A DNA stretch of 64,000 nucleotides from the NCBI GenBank assembly GCA_019058295.1, contig JAHPZI010000001.1, positions 32,001-96,000 of the forward strand, written 5' to 3'. Shown here one piece after another: positions 19,572 through 29,854 of the stretch. The position numbers and the translations under genes were made by a program. The notes beneath the pieces are model-generated. The model worked only from the letters and a program-made list of their open reading frames with translations. It was not told the DNA's origin and made no database searches. The number at the start of each line of letters is the position of its first letter. The first letter of the stretch is position 1. The DNA is from Promethearchaeota archaeon (GTDB lineage: Archaea > Asgardarchaeota > Lokiarchaeia > Sigyniarchaeales > SOKP01).

Positions 19572-20308
19572 AAATGTCAGAAAAAGTATTATATATAGAA
19601 TTAACACCTGAGGAATTTAAAGAACGGTTATCAAAGGCTCCGATTGCCTATTTACCTTTAGGAACTCTTGAATGGCATGGTCGGCATATGCCATTGGGAG
19701 CAGATGGATTGATATCTTCTGGCTTTTTTAGGGAGCTTGCGAAAAAAGTGGGGGGCATTGTTCTTCCAATGCTATTTTTAGGCCCTGACAAATCGAGAGA
19801 TGTGGATGGAAAAGAATATTATGGGATGGATATTCATAGTTATCCTAATCAACACCCTCAAAAACTTTTGGGTAGCGCTTATTGGATAAAAAAAAAGCTT
19901 TTTAGGGATGTTCTTGAAGAAATCTTAAAACAGCTTAAAAGAGCAGGGTTTAAAATTGTTGTAGCACATGGTCATGGTCCCTCTACCATGGCTTTTTATT
20001 CGGGTATTACGAAGTGGAGAAGTGAATTAGGTCTTGAGCTGTTTACATGCTGGCGAGATAAAGAATCAGATGGTCTTGGAATACAAACGGATCATGCTGC
20101 GGCAAATGAAACATCCCTTATGATGGCTTTGAGACCAGATCTCGTCAAAATAGAAAATCTTCCAAAAGATAAGGATAAAAAGCCACTTGGGCTTCTGGGC
20201 AAAGATCCCCGCAAATTCGCAAGCTCTGAGGAGGGAAAGAAAATAATCTCGTTACAAGTAGATCGAATGGCAGAAATTCTTAAAGAAACATTAAATAAAA
20301 TTAATTAA
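19568..20308 (+). CDS. Creatininase/creatinine amidohydrolase family
   Basis: PLGTLEWHGRHMPLGAD, HGHG, HAAANETS. Confidence 0.9.
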   Translation: MKMSEKVLYIELTPEEFKERLSKAPIAYLPLGTLEWHGRHMPLGADGLISSGFFRELAKKVGGIVLPMLFLGPDKSRDVDGKEYYGMDIHSYPNQHPQKLLGSAYWIKKKLFRDVLEEILKQLKRAGFKIVVAHGHGPSTMAFYSGITKWRSELGLELFTCWRDKESDGLGIQTDHAAANETSLMMALRPDLVKIENLPKDKDKKPLGLLGKDPRKFASSEEGKKIISLQVDRMAEILKETLNKIN

Positions 20309-20368
20309 ATCTTTTTGGATTTAATATTTATGATAACAATGATATAAAAATGAGGATAATTTAAAGGT

Positions 20369-20812
20369 GTGGATAAATTGAGTGAGGAGGAAGAACAGTC
20401 TTTAACGATGTGTTGGTTTGGTATGTACCAACCTTATGCAACTTCAATAGTTCATGTTCCTGAACAGGAAATTAGCCCTGATGAGGTGGATAAGAAAGAT
20501 CTAGTGTTTATTTGGGATAAATATATGAAGGCAGATATATTAAGTGATCTTTTAGGGACACCTGTGCCATGGTCTCCTGCTTTAATTAAGGGGTATTCTC
20601 GTAAATGGAAAAAAGAAGATAGAAGTTTTACTTGCGAATTGGTTCAAAAGGAGGGTGGCGAATGTCTTGGAGCAGTGTTATTGATATCGAGATTAAGTGA
20701 AGGCCAATTAAATCCCCTTATTGAGAGTTATAAAGTTCGAGGTTATTCTTTAAAAAAAGCTAAAGTTCTTATTGGAGATTTAACACGAGAGATATTGGCG
20801 TTTTTGCCATGA
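20369..20812 (+). CDS. Hypothetical protein
   Basis: 147-aa ORF with plausible composition; no motif recognised. Confidence 0.6.
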   Translation: MDKLSEEEEQSLTMCWFGMYQPYATSIVHVPEQEISPDEVDKKDLVFIWDKYMKADILSDLLGTPVPWSPALIKGYSRKWKKEDRSFTCELVQKEGGECLGAVLLISRLSEGQLNPLIESYKVRGYSLKKAKVLIGDLTREILAFLP

Positions 20813-20864
20813 TTACGACTTTTCACAAATAAAAAAATGGTAGGAAACTTTGAATATAACTAAT

Positions 20865-21263
20865 TTATTTCATAATAAACAGACGTTCATGATAACTAGT
20901 AAATTGATTTGATAATATACGATATTTACAATCGTCCCATTTTTTTCTAAAATAATAAAAATATTCTGAAATTTCCAGTGGATCGCCAAAAATAACTTTA
21001 TAGTTTCTAATAATTGAAATTTGTATGTCAATTGGAAACAATTCAAAAACTCGGATATCAAATTTTAGGGGAAATTTACCTAAAAGTGATTTCTGTAATT
21101 CAATATTCTGCTTCTCATTTTTATTTCGGGTAATAATGGCAATATCAATATCAGATTCAGGACGCATACCACCTTCTACAACCGACCCAAATAAAATTAT
21201 TTCATATTTTTCTTTTAAAGGCTCTAAAATCTCTTTCATTTCTTCAATCTTTGGTAATTTCAT
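20865..21263 (-). CDS. Minimal nucleotidyltransferase (MNT) antitoxin
   Basis: ILFGSVVEG..RPESDIDI; overlaps the upstream HEPN gene. Confidence 0.85.
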   Translation of the reverse strand: MKLPKIEEMKEILEPLKEKYEIILFGSVVEGGMRPESDIDIAIITRNKNEKQNIELQKSLLGKFPLKFDIRVFELFPIDIQISIIRNYKVIFGDPLEISEYFYYFRKKWDDCKYRILSNQFTSYHERLFIMK

Positions 21264-21654
21264 TTAATGTTACCTCCACAACATCTAACCATTGATACAA
21301 TAACTCTTTAATTTCATCAACAGAGTCTAATATAATTTGTTCATCAATCTCATTATAACGATGGACTAAGATATTCCGTAATCCATTGGCTTTTTTTAAC
21401 TTAACTCCTAATTCAGGATTTAAATTTCTTTTTTTTACTATAGTGGTAATATTTATCTCATCATCTTTTACTTGAATACCTAAATCTTTAATTAGCATTG
21501 CTATTAAATCAACGATAGATTCAATTGCCGTCTGAATCGAATAAAAAATGCCACGCTTTTCAAATTTATTTTTTATATCTATTGGCAAATCCTCGATATT
21601 GTCAACAATGTAATTTATTTTATCATGATAACGCTTTAGTCTCAGCTCATCCAT
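21244..21654 (-). CDS. HEPN/DUF86 (HepT-like) RNase toxin
   Basis: GLRNILVHRY (RX4HXY); YSIQTAIE. Confidence 0.9.
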   Translation of the reverse strand: MDELRLKRYHDKINYIVDNIEDLPIDIKNKFEKRGIFYSIQTAIESIVDLIAMLIKDLGIQVKDDEINITTIVKKRNLNPELGVKLKKANGLRNILVHRYNEIDEQIILDSVDEIKELLYQWLDVVEVTLNEITKD

Positions 21655-21808
21655 TTAAATTTCTCATTAAAATTTATATATCGGTCTTATAAGTTATATA
21701 ATGTATCTTTCTTATTAATTTTCAGACTCCACTAGATTATTTTAATTTTTAGTTAACCTATTCAGTAAAATCGTAATCTATTTATGAGAATAAACGTTTA
21801 AATATATA

Positions 21809-22513
21809 ATGAAGACAGAAAAAAAGAATCACGACGGTGAGTCGTGCCAATCCACTAATAATCCCAGCGAGTGGAAGGGAAGAACAATAGAAATTGACGA
21901 TGCTGGGACGGGGGATTTAGTCGGAGATGCCTTCATCGGCTTTCGAGACACAGAGAGCGAGAAGATAATCTTTAGATCAATTCCCGTAGGGCTCTATAAT
22001 GAAGAGAATAAGGGCGAGGATAAGGTAAAAAAGCACATTGTAAAGATAACTATCGACGCTCTTAGAGCACTTAAACATACTAAAGGAGATCGTATCCTTC
22101 TATGTAGGGGTAATTGTTTCGATCCTGTGAGGGAATATTTTAACGAGAACGATATATATTACGAACCCGCAATTGTAGAAGGGAAACTTCAGGATGCGGT
22201 GGAAGGTAAATTGATTCAGCATCTCAGAAAATTAGGAGTATCTTCAAAGAATCTGACCAAAGAGGCAGGTATACAAAGATATTTCGTCTTGTTTGATTGG
22301 GTGTGCCGAGACTTTCCAAATCGTGAGAGGTTTGTTAAGACAGGATTTCCCGCATGGAAAAAGAAATGGAGAAATATCGCAATCAAGCGATATAAAAAGG
22401 ATCAGAGAAAAGTGTTTCAAAAAAAGAGTGACATCGAGCGAAGGGCAAAAGAGATAAATAAAAATATGTTAGAGAAGCCCATTTCCGTGAGAGACGCCTT
22501 CTCTGATAATTAA
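21809..22513 (+). CDS. Hypothetical protein, possible RNase H-like fold
   Basis: IEIDDAGTGDLVG resembles the RNase HII N-terminal GIDEAGRG motif. Confidence 0.45.
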   Translation: MKTEKKNHDGESCQSTNNPSEWKGRTIEIDDAGTGDLVGDAFIGFRDTESEKIIFRSIPVGLYNEENKGEDKVKKHIVKITIDALRALKHTKGDRILLCRGNCFDPVREYFNENDIYYEPAIVEGKLQDAVEGKLIQHLRKLGVSSKNLTKEAGIQRYFVLFDWVCRDFPNRERFVKTGFPAWKKKWRNIAIKRYKKDQRKVFQKKSDIERRAKEINKNMLEKPISVRDAFSDN

Positions 22514-22576
22514 AAGTTTTACTTTTGATGTTAAAATAACTGCTCAAGGAAAAACCTTCCTTTAGGGAGGAGTGGT

Positions 22577-23131
22577 TCAAACTTCCATTGATTGATCCAC
22601 AATGGTTAAGTCTCTATAATTTATGATTTTGCTTATTAATGACTCAAATACCACGTTGATGTTATATCCCGTTTTCGAGGAGACTTTACAATATCCGCTT
22701 ATATTATTGTCTTCGATAAACTCACGAACGTATTCATCATCAACTGTGATAGAATCTACTAAATCATATTTAGATCCTAGAAGTAGAATAGGGAGTGTGG
22801 GATCATCTTTACGGACAATCTTTATCCAATTAGGTAAATTATGAAAACTCATATAGTTTGTTAAATCAAACATTAAAAATGCCCCCGCAGCACCCTTTAC
22901 AAAACTATCGAGGATGAATCGGAACCTATCTTGTCCGCCAAAGTCCCATAATTGTAATGAGCAGACTGCCCCCTCTTTTAATGTGATTACTTTGTGAAAA
23001 ATATCAGCACCGATCGTCATCTTCGAATCAAACAAGAATGTACCATTAACATAGCGGTGTAGCATAGTAGTTTTTCCTACACCACCATCCCCACCAATAA
23101 TGATTTTAAAGATTAAACTAGGTTGAATCAT
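22577..23131 (-). CDS. Rab-like small GTPase (paralog 3)
   Basis: Same motifs; start set at ATG 23131 (MIQPSL) by alignment with the paralogs. Confidence 0.9.
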   Translation of the reverse strand: MIQPSLIFKIIIGGDGGVGKTTMLHRYVNGTFLFDSKMTIGADIFHKVITLKEGAVCSLQLWDFGGQDRFRFILDSFVKGAAGAFLMFDLTNYMSFHNLPNWIKIVRKDDPTLPILLLGSKYDLVDSITVDDEYVREFIEDNNISGYCKVSSKTGYNINVVFESLISKIINYRDLTIVDQSMEV

Positions 23132-23273
23132 TAAACTTGTGCAGTTCAATCTGATTATTAAAATTTACTTTTATAAAAAATTAGTTTTGTTTTTTATTTA
23201 TGTCTCGGGAGTTTTGCTGCGTTTCTCATATTTCTAAGGGTTCAGATTGATTTTCTAATATATATTATCTTAT

Positions 23274-23846
23274 TTATTTCCATTCCAACCCGCATTCGCC
23301 GCATATATATTTCTTACCATACATTCTTGGGGATTCCATGATAATTCTTGTTTTATCAACTTTTTCATGAATTGAGGCAGGATTAGAATTGCCACAATTA
23401 GGGCATTTTCTCCTGATTCCGGCGGAGGGTTCTGAGACTCCTAACACTTGCTCTTTGATTACTTCAGACGGTTTTTTTGGCGCAATATCAGAAGCTTTAG
23501 GAACTGAGGCAACCTTTTCTGATTTTGCCTTTTCAGCAACATATCTATCTTGATTTTTCTTGTAGTCTTCGATTTCTCTTTCTAATTCAGCAATTTTCAT
23601 TTTATACATTTCTTTATCTTTTGTTAATTCACTTACATTAATTCCTCTAGTTTCCATATCCCTATTTTCTTCTCTTAACTTTTTATTTTCTTCTCTTAGC
23701 GTTTTAATTTCTTCTTCAGCATCTTTTAATTTCTTAGTTAAGGCGGAAATTGTTTTTTCCAGAGTCTTAATAGTGTTTGTTAATGTTTGTATAAATTCTT
23801 GTGGATCATCGGATTCCTTTCCATTATTTTGATTGAATTCGTTCAT
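23274..23846 (-). CDS. Coiled-coil protein with C-terminal Zn ribbon
   Basis: Heptad region; CPNCGN...YGKKYICGECGLEWK. Confidence 0.7.
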   Translation of the reverse strand: MNEFNQNNGKESDDPQEFIQTLTNTIKTLEKTISALTKKLKDAEEEIKTLREENKKLREENRDMETRGINVSELTKDKEMYKMKIAELEREIEDYKKNQDRYVAEKAKSEKVASVPKASDIAPKKPSEVIKEQVLGVSEPSAGIRRKCPNCGNSNPASIHEKVDKTRIIMESPRMYGKKYICGECGLEWK

Positions 23847-23937
23847 TTTTCTTTACTACTTCATTTTTAATATTCAAATAAAGTATTAGGTTTAAAAAGC
23901 TTTTCATAATTATAAAATATGAAGGTGAATAGATAAC

Positions 23938-24936
23938 ATGTTAGAAAAAGAAGCACAATTGAGAATTCCTCCCGAATTGGCGAAGTTAATAGCAATAAAA
24001 AACTCAATGAACGAGAAAGCATTAGAGGAGTTTACAGAGAAGAAAAGGAGTGAAGGCATATCTGTGAGTGAAGCTCTGAAAAATAACGATTTTAATCTAA
24101 TAATGGAACTTGCACGTTATCAAAATCAATATATTGCTTTAAATATGTATGAACCCCTTCCCGAAGATGTTAAGTGCGAATTGATTGATGCCGATGGAGT
24201 AGCAGCAGAGTGGATTAGTAACCCTAATATCATAAATAACCAAATACTTTTTCATTTATTTGGAGGTGGCTATGTTATGGGAAGTCTTGAAACCAGAAGG
24301 AGGATCCCTTTTCTTCTAGGGCGAATATCAAAATTACGCTCTTTAAATATCGGATATCGTCTCGCTCCGGAACATCCTTTTCCAGCGGCATTGGAGGATT
24401 CCATTAAAGCTTATCGTTGGTTACTTTCTACTGGAATTGCCCCGGAAAATATTGTGTTCTCGGGGGCCTCTGCGGGTGGAGGTTTAGTCATTGCTACGCT
24501 TTTGAGATTACGAGAATTAGGAGTTGCTTTGCCTGCAGCAACGGTCCTACTTTCACCATGGGTTGATTTAGCGCTAACTGGAGATTTATTAAAAATAAAT
24601 GCTAAATTTGAACCAAATATAACGGTGCCGATGCTTAGAGGATTGGCAATGGCGTATTTACGGGGGAAAGATCCAAAAAATCCTTTAGCATCTCCTCTTT
24701 ATGCAGATTTGAAAGGGCTCCCTCCGATGCTGATTCAAGCAGGGGGCATTGAAGTGCTATTGGATGATTCAGTTAGGCTAGCTGAGCATGCTAAAGCGTC
24801 TGGAGTTGAGGTAAACTTAGAAGTATGGGATGGTATGACTCATGTATTCCAGAATTATGGCGATTCTTTAACACATAGTCGACAAGCAATTGAAAATGTC
24901 GGCAAGTTTATTCAAAAAACTTTAAGGCAAGAATAA
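23938..24936 (+). CDS. Alpha/beta hydrolase, HSL-like esterase
   Basis: FGGGY, YRLAPEHPFPAALED, GASAGG, HVF. Confidence 0.9.
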   Translation: MLEKEAQLRIPPELAKLIAIKNSMNEKALEEFTEKKRSEGISVSEALKNNDFNLIMELARYQNQYIALNMYEPLPEDVKCELIDADGVAAEWISNPNIINNQILFHLFGGGYVMGSLETRRRIPFLLGRISKLRSLNIGYRLAPEHPFPAALEDSIKAYRWLLSTGIAPENIVFSGASAGGGLVIATLLRLRELGVALPAATVLLSPWVDLALTGDLLKINAKFEPNITVPMLRGLAMAYLRGKDPKNPLASPLYADLKGLPPMLIQAGGIEVLLDDSVRLAEHAKASGVEVNLEVWDGMTHVFQNYGDSLTHSRQAIENVGKFIQKTLRQE

Positions 24937-24959
24937 TTTAAACTAACAGATTTAAATCT

Positions 24960-25163
24960 CTAACTTTTTTTATATCTCCTCTTAAATTTTATCTTTTTTC
25001 TAGGTTTTCTGCGTCCGAAAATACTAAAACGAGCATGAGTAGTTAGCATTCTCTCATGTGCTCTCTTGCCAGAGTATACCTCTCGCCGGTCTTTTTCTAA
25101 TGCTCCTTGAGTACTTTTTATTTTTTCTATTGTGGTTTTATGAGTTTTTCTTTTAGATCCCAT
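24960..25163 (-). CDS. Small highly basic protein
   Basis: 67 aa, K/R-rich; fills an intergenic gap. Confidence 0.55.
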   Translation of the reverse strand: MGSKRKTHKTTIEKIKSTQGALEKDRREVYSGKRAHERMLTTHARFSIFGRRKPRKKIKFKRRYKKS

Positions 25164-25289
25164 TTTTTTTCTTTCTTTATCAGAAATAATAATCTCTAAT
25201 TATTATAAATTCATAATCCCCCACTCTTTATAAGGTGCATATCTAATTATTGACTTATACAGCGTCTAAAGGAAAACTATTTACTAGAG

Positions 25290-26639
25290 TTGATTAATAA
25301 ATTGCCGTCTACTTTAGAAAAGATACGGATCTTAGGAAGGAATTCAAAATATGATATTTGTGCTAGTACTGCGTCCAGTCGTACGAAAAAATATCCAACG
25401 CTTTTTGGAGATTCGAAAGATTGGGTTGGAGCTACAGCTAGTGCTGGGATATGCCATAGTTATACGCCTGATGGTCGCTGCATGAGTCTTTTTAAAACTC
25501 TATATACTAATAAGTGCATATACAATTGTAGCTATTGTTTTTCTCGTATTTGTAAGCAAAAGGTGAGTTTCACGCCTGAAGAATATGCACGCACCTTTAT
25601 GAAACTCTATTCGATGAATGTAGTGGAAGGAATATTCATAAGTTCGGGAGTTTGTGGTAGTGCTGATGAAACAACCGAGGAAATGCTGGAAGCGGTTAGA
25701 TTACTTCGATATAAATATCATTTTCAAGGGTATATTCATTTTAAGTGTTTACCTGGAGTAAGTCAGCATCTCCTTAAAGAGGCGATAGCTCTTTCCGATC
25801 GTATCTCAGTTAATACAGAAGCTTCCACTAAAGGATATCTCGCTGAAATCGCAGAACAGAAAGATTTTAAAAATGATATTATTACACGTCAACGTTGGTT
25901 AAAGCAGATTCGCCTTAACCACAATGAAGAAGTCCTGAAAATCATGAAAGATTTGAGACAAGATAATCAGTTGGAATTCCGAGAAAAAATGATAAAGGAT
26001 CGAAGAGAGAATGGATATAAAAAATTTCGATGGGATGGGGCTCCAATTCTCAATAGTGGTCAAACCACCCAATTTGTAGTAGGCGCTGCTGAAAATGAAA
26101 CTGATTGGGATCTTCTTAATAGAATCGATTGGCAATATAAAGCAGTCGATTTACGCCGCGCATATTTTTCTTCTTTCACTCCAATCGAAGGAACACCATT
26201 TGCAAATAAAAAGGCAGAATCATTGGCAAGAGAACATCGGTTATATCAAAGTGATTGGCTATTGCGAATTTATCATTATAAATTAAGAGATTTAAAAGAA
26301 GTCTTAACAGAGGAAGGCAATTTGCCCATGGGAGACCCGAAGATCCATTTTGCCAGACATTATTTTAAAGAGCATGGCCTTGTTGATCCTAAACATGCAT
26401 CTTACCAAGAATTAATCAGAGTTCCTGGCATTGGTCCTATTTCAGCTAAACGAATAATTAATTTGCAATCACAAAAAATTAAGTTTAACCGTCGAGAGGA
26501 TCTAAAATCTGTCGGTGTCGTGTTAAAAAGGGCTGATCCTTTCTTAAAAATAAATGGTCGAAATCAAACAACTCTTTCTACTTTTTTCGATCTTGATGAA
26601 GGCAAAAGTCCACAGAAGAATATTGGGGGTATTATATGA
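25290..26639 (+). CDS. Putative DNA modification/repair radical SAM protein with HhH (TIGR03916-like)
   Basis: SKYDIC, GICHSYTPDGRC, CIYNCSYC, REHRLYQSDWLLR, LIRVPGIG. Confidence 0.9.
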   Translation: MINKLPSTLEKIRILGRNSKYDICASTASSRTKKYPTLFGDSKDWVGATASAGICHSYTPDGRCMSLFKTLYTNKCIYNCSYCFSRICKQKVSFTPEEYARTFMKLYSMNVVEGIFISSGVCGSADETTEEMLEAVRLLRYKYHFQGYIHFKCLPGVSQHLLKEAIALSDRISVNTEASTKGYLAEIAEQKDFKNDIITRQRWLKQIRLNHNEEVLKIMKDLRQDNQLEFREKMIKDRRENGYKKFRWDGAPILNSGQTTQFVVGAAENETDWDLLNRIDWQYKAVDLRRAYFSSFTPIEGTPFANKKAESLAREHRLYQSDWLLRIYHYKLRDLKEVLTEEGNLPMGDPKIHFARHYFKEHGLVDPKHASYQELIRVPGIGPISAKRIINLQSQKIKFNRREDLKSVGVVLKRADPFLKINGRNQTTLSTFFDLDEGKSPQKNIGGII

Positions 26640-27304
26640 ACAAGAAAAACCATTGCCACGATCCATTAAAAGTTATTGGTCGTGCTAAAGGATTTTCACG
26701 AATGGAATTGATCCGTAAGCTACCCCGCCATAGCAAATTTACTCCAAATATTATACAACAAATTGAAAAGCTACCAGAGGTTCTCCTACGCAATTCGGGT
26801 TCTCCAATGGCCAAGAAATTGATCCGAATGATGCGAGAAGTTAATACTGAAGTATATAGAGCAATACAATTTACACGGACAGAAATAAATAATCGAGGTG
26901 TATTATACGGAGTCGTCTTACTCAAACATCATGTAATTGATCTTGTCTTGAGGTATTTTCATAAAAGATGGCCACAATGTGTCATCTGCTTGTATAATGA
27001 ACATACTCGTAAAACGGGGATTATTAATGAAAAAGCGACCATTAAAGAATTGAAATTACCTCTTAAAGATGCGGTTAAAAAAATTAGTAAAAATCGCCCC
27101 CTTATCCCATACTTTGATGATATCCAATTTTCTGGAAAGGAAATATTCGAAACCCTTTACCAGTCTCAAAATATTGTTGAACGAGAGAATCCTCGCTACT
27201 TCAAGCAAATGATCCCTGACAAATGTTATGAATTACCAGGGATGAGAAACGGTATAGAAAAACGGTATTTCTCTCGAAACAAGAAGCTAAATGAATTTCT
27301 TTAA
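26636..27304 (+). CDS. DUF4130/TIGR03915-like partner protein
   Basis: Overlaps the rSAM gene; EVYRAIQFTR, YFHKRWP, YQSQNIVEREN. Confidence 0.75.
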   Translation: MNKKNHCHDPLKVIGRAKGFSRMELIRKLPRHSKFTPNIIQQIEKLPEVLLRNSGSPMAKKLIRMMREVNTEVYRAIQFTRTEINNRGVLYGVVLLKHHVIDLVLRYFHKRWPQCVICLYNEHTRKTGIINEKATIKELKLPLKDAVKKISKNRPLIPYFDDIQFSGKEIFETLYQSQNIVERENPRYFKQMIPDKCYELPGMRNGIEKRYFSRNKKLNEFL

Positions 27305-27386
27305 TAATAATACATTTAAAATCTTTTTTTAAAAAATTAATTTATAGGAGATTTAATAAATCACCTATTAATTCAATTAGATTTCA

Positions 27387-27794
27387 TTAATCTGATTTTT
27401 TTGCAATGAGATCTGAAAAAGGCAATACAATTATATCTCCAATAATAAAGGTTCCAAAGATTACGACGTGCAATATTGCGTACAAAGGAAATTGTCCTAT
27501 AATTAAAAGAGGTAGAAAAACAGCAATGAACCATATCACCTTGTAGCAGAGTTGCATTAACAAAATAGGCATAAACTTAATAGGGTTTCGTAAGCCCAAT
27601 ATGGATAAAAGTGTGAATGATAGATAAATACTGCCAGTAATACCCAATACTATTGGATCTTGTTTAGGCCATCCAAACATAGATATCATCATGTAGGGAG
27701 CAATTAGAATTCCTAATCCAAAGATTACGGTAATAATAATTGTATATATGTACATGATTTTCAATTTCAGCTCAAGATCAATTTTTTCCAACAT
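27387..27794 (-). CDS. Small 4-TM membrane protein
   Basis: Four hydrophobic segments. Confidence 0.65.
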   Translation of the reverse strand: MLEKIDLELKLKIMYIYTIIITVIFGLGILIAPYMMISMFGWPKQDPIVLGITGSIYLSFTLLSILGLRNPIKFMPILLMQLCYKVIWFIAVFLPLLIIGQFPLYAILHVVIFGTFIIGDIIVLPFSDLIAKKSD

Positions 27795-27993
27795 TTATTT
27801 TTCACCTTTTCTGATAATTTTTTGAATAAAAATTTAGAAATTTTTTTAATTATTTAATTAATATAAATATTTGGAAAAAAAAGTCAAACATTTTTCCTTT
27901 TCTCATATTTGTCGGTAAGATTTTTATTTAAAACAATTAAGAGATAAATTATACTTTATTTAATAACATCATTTATGATTTGAGAAGAAAAAC

Positions 27994-29823
27994 ATGACAA
28001 TGAATCAAAATCAAGATGCAAATCCATTTAAGCAGAGAGATGAGTATTATTTTCAACAGCGGTTTGAAGATTATTCAGTCAGTTCTACTTATATACCAAT
28101 GCGAGATGGTGTGAAAATTGCCGTAACTATTTGTTTACCAAAAGGTTTATCACTGGGAGAAAAGATACCCGCATTACTTTATCAGACCCGCTATCATAGG
28201 GCTCACCATCTTCGATTACCTTTTAGATGGATATGGAATGAGATTGTGGATTATTATCCAAAAACGGAGTTATTTACTGCCGGTGGATATGCAGTTATAT
28301 ATGTTGATGTAAGAGGTTGTGGTGCTTCATATGGCTATAGGATAGGGCCTTTTTCTGAAGAAGAAGTTAAAGACGGGTGTGATGTTGCTGATTGGATTAT
28401 CAAGCAACCATGGTCAGATGGCAATGTGATATCTAATGGCATTTCTTATACAGGATTTACAGCAGAATGGTTAGCAACTAATAATCACCCCTCAGTGAAA
28501 AGTGTAATGCCTGGTCATAGTGGTTGGGATCCGTTTGTTGATATGATTTTACCTGGAGGGTGTTTTAACACGGCATTTATCCAATTATGGTCGTTTTATG
28601 GGAAACAACTAGATCAAAACACACAAAAACAAATGAAGATCCTCGTCCCATTTCGTTGGCTGCTAATGAGGGGGGTAAAACATGTCCATTCAGATATCAA
28701 TTTTACTGAATTAAAAAAAGCTATACAGGATCATAATATTAATGAAGCTGTTTTTGACAATATTTATGAGGTAAATTATCGCGATGATGTGGTTAAAATT
28801 GGAGATGTAGTGAGTTCGTTTGGAGACCGAAGTATTTTCACACATCAGCAGGATTTACAAAAATTAAATATCCCGATCTATAGCTGGGCTTCATGGTTAG
28901 ATGCGAATTTTGCGGATGTTGTTATCGAACGTTTTTTGAATTTGACAAATCCCCAGATTGCTATTATTGGTGATTGGAATCATGGCGCCCATCTTCCAGC
29001 TAATCCATTTGATCCATCACGAGCAGCGGTAGTCCCTTCTCCGCATGAGCGTATTAAAACTGAAATTAGCTTTTTCAATAAAGTTCTAAAAGGAAATTTT
29101 TCCGAAAAAACCTTATACTACTATACGATGGGTGAAGAGAGGTGGAAAAAATCAGAAATTTGGCCTCCATTAGGTCAGACTTTGCAGAGATGGTATTTAC
29201 AAGAGAATAATGGTTTTTCTAAAGAGGAACCTGAAGCAAATGAAGGAGCAGACGATTATAAGGTCAATTATAGAGCAACCACCGGTTTTTTTAATCGTTG
29301 GATGGGACCTGCTGGTACGCCTATTAGATATACCACTAGAACAAAAGACGATGAAAAATTACTTTTATATACGAGCCTTCCTTTAGAAAATGATTTAGAA
29401 ATAACCGGAAATCCAATAATTACTTTATATCTTTCTTCAACACATGAAGATGGAGCAGTATTCGTCTACTTAGAAGATGTTGATGAAGAGGGTAATGTAA
29501 CTTATTTTACTGATGGAAACTTGCGATTAATCCATAGAAAAATATCATCAGAGAAACCCCCCTATAAAACACTTATCCCCTATCATACATTTTTGAAAAA
29601 AGATGCTCTTCCACTAGTTCCGAATGAGGTTTCAGAAATAAAATTTGGCTTACATGCAACTTCTGTTTTAGTTAAGAAAGGTCATAGAATTCGTTTAGCA
29701 ATTGCAGGGGCAGATAAAGAGGTTTTTAAACGCTATCCTGCTAAAGGAAAACCCATAATTACCATTGAACGGAATAAAAAAAATCCGTCTTTTATTGATA
29801 TTCCAATTATAAATAGAGAGTAA
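27994..29823 (+). CDS. CocE/NonD family serine hydrolase
   Basis: IPMRDGVKIA, DVRGCGAS, QPWSDG, GISY.G, W.HG. Confidence 0.9.
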   Translation: MTMNQNQDANPFKQRDEYYFQQRFEDYSVSSTYIPMRDGVKIAVTICLPKGLSLGEKIPALLYQTRYHRAHHLRLPFRWIWNEIVDYYPKTELFTAGGYAVIYVDVRGCGASYGYRIGPFSEEEVKDGCDVADWIIKQPWSDGNVISNGISYTGFTAEWLATNNHPSVKSVMPGHSGWDPFVDMILPGGCFNTAFIQLWSFYGKQLDQNTQKQMKILVPFRWLLMRGVKHVHSDINFTELKKAIQDHNINEAVFDNIYEVNYRDDVVKIGDVVSSFGDRSIFTHQQDLQKLNIPIYSWASWLDANFADVVIERFLNLTNPQIAIIGDWNHGAHLPANPFDPSRAAVVPSPHERIKTEISFFNKVLKGNFSEKTLYYYTMGEERWKKSEIWPPLGQTLQRWYLQENNGFSKEEPEANEGADDYKVNYRATTGFFNRWMGPAGTPIRYTTRTKDDEKLLLYTSLPLENDLEITGNPIITLYLSSTHEDGAVFVYLEDVDEEGNVTYFTDGNLRLIHRKISSEKPPYKTLIPYHTFLKKDALPLVPNEVSEIKFGLHATSVLVKKGHRIRLAIAGADKEVFKRYPAKGKPIITIERNKKNPSFIDIPIINRE

Positions 29824-29854
29824 AAAATAAAAATTTAATAATTAAAAAGAAGAG

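Noticed and set aside
16151-22844. Similar plus-strand ORFs at 16151, 16834 and 22623
   Set aside because: Antisense shadows of the three GTPase paralogs.
24960-25163. Ribosomal protein eS30 or eL41
   Set aside because: Signature motifs are not matched.
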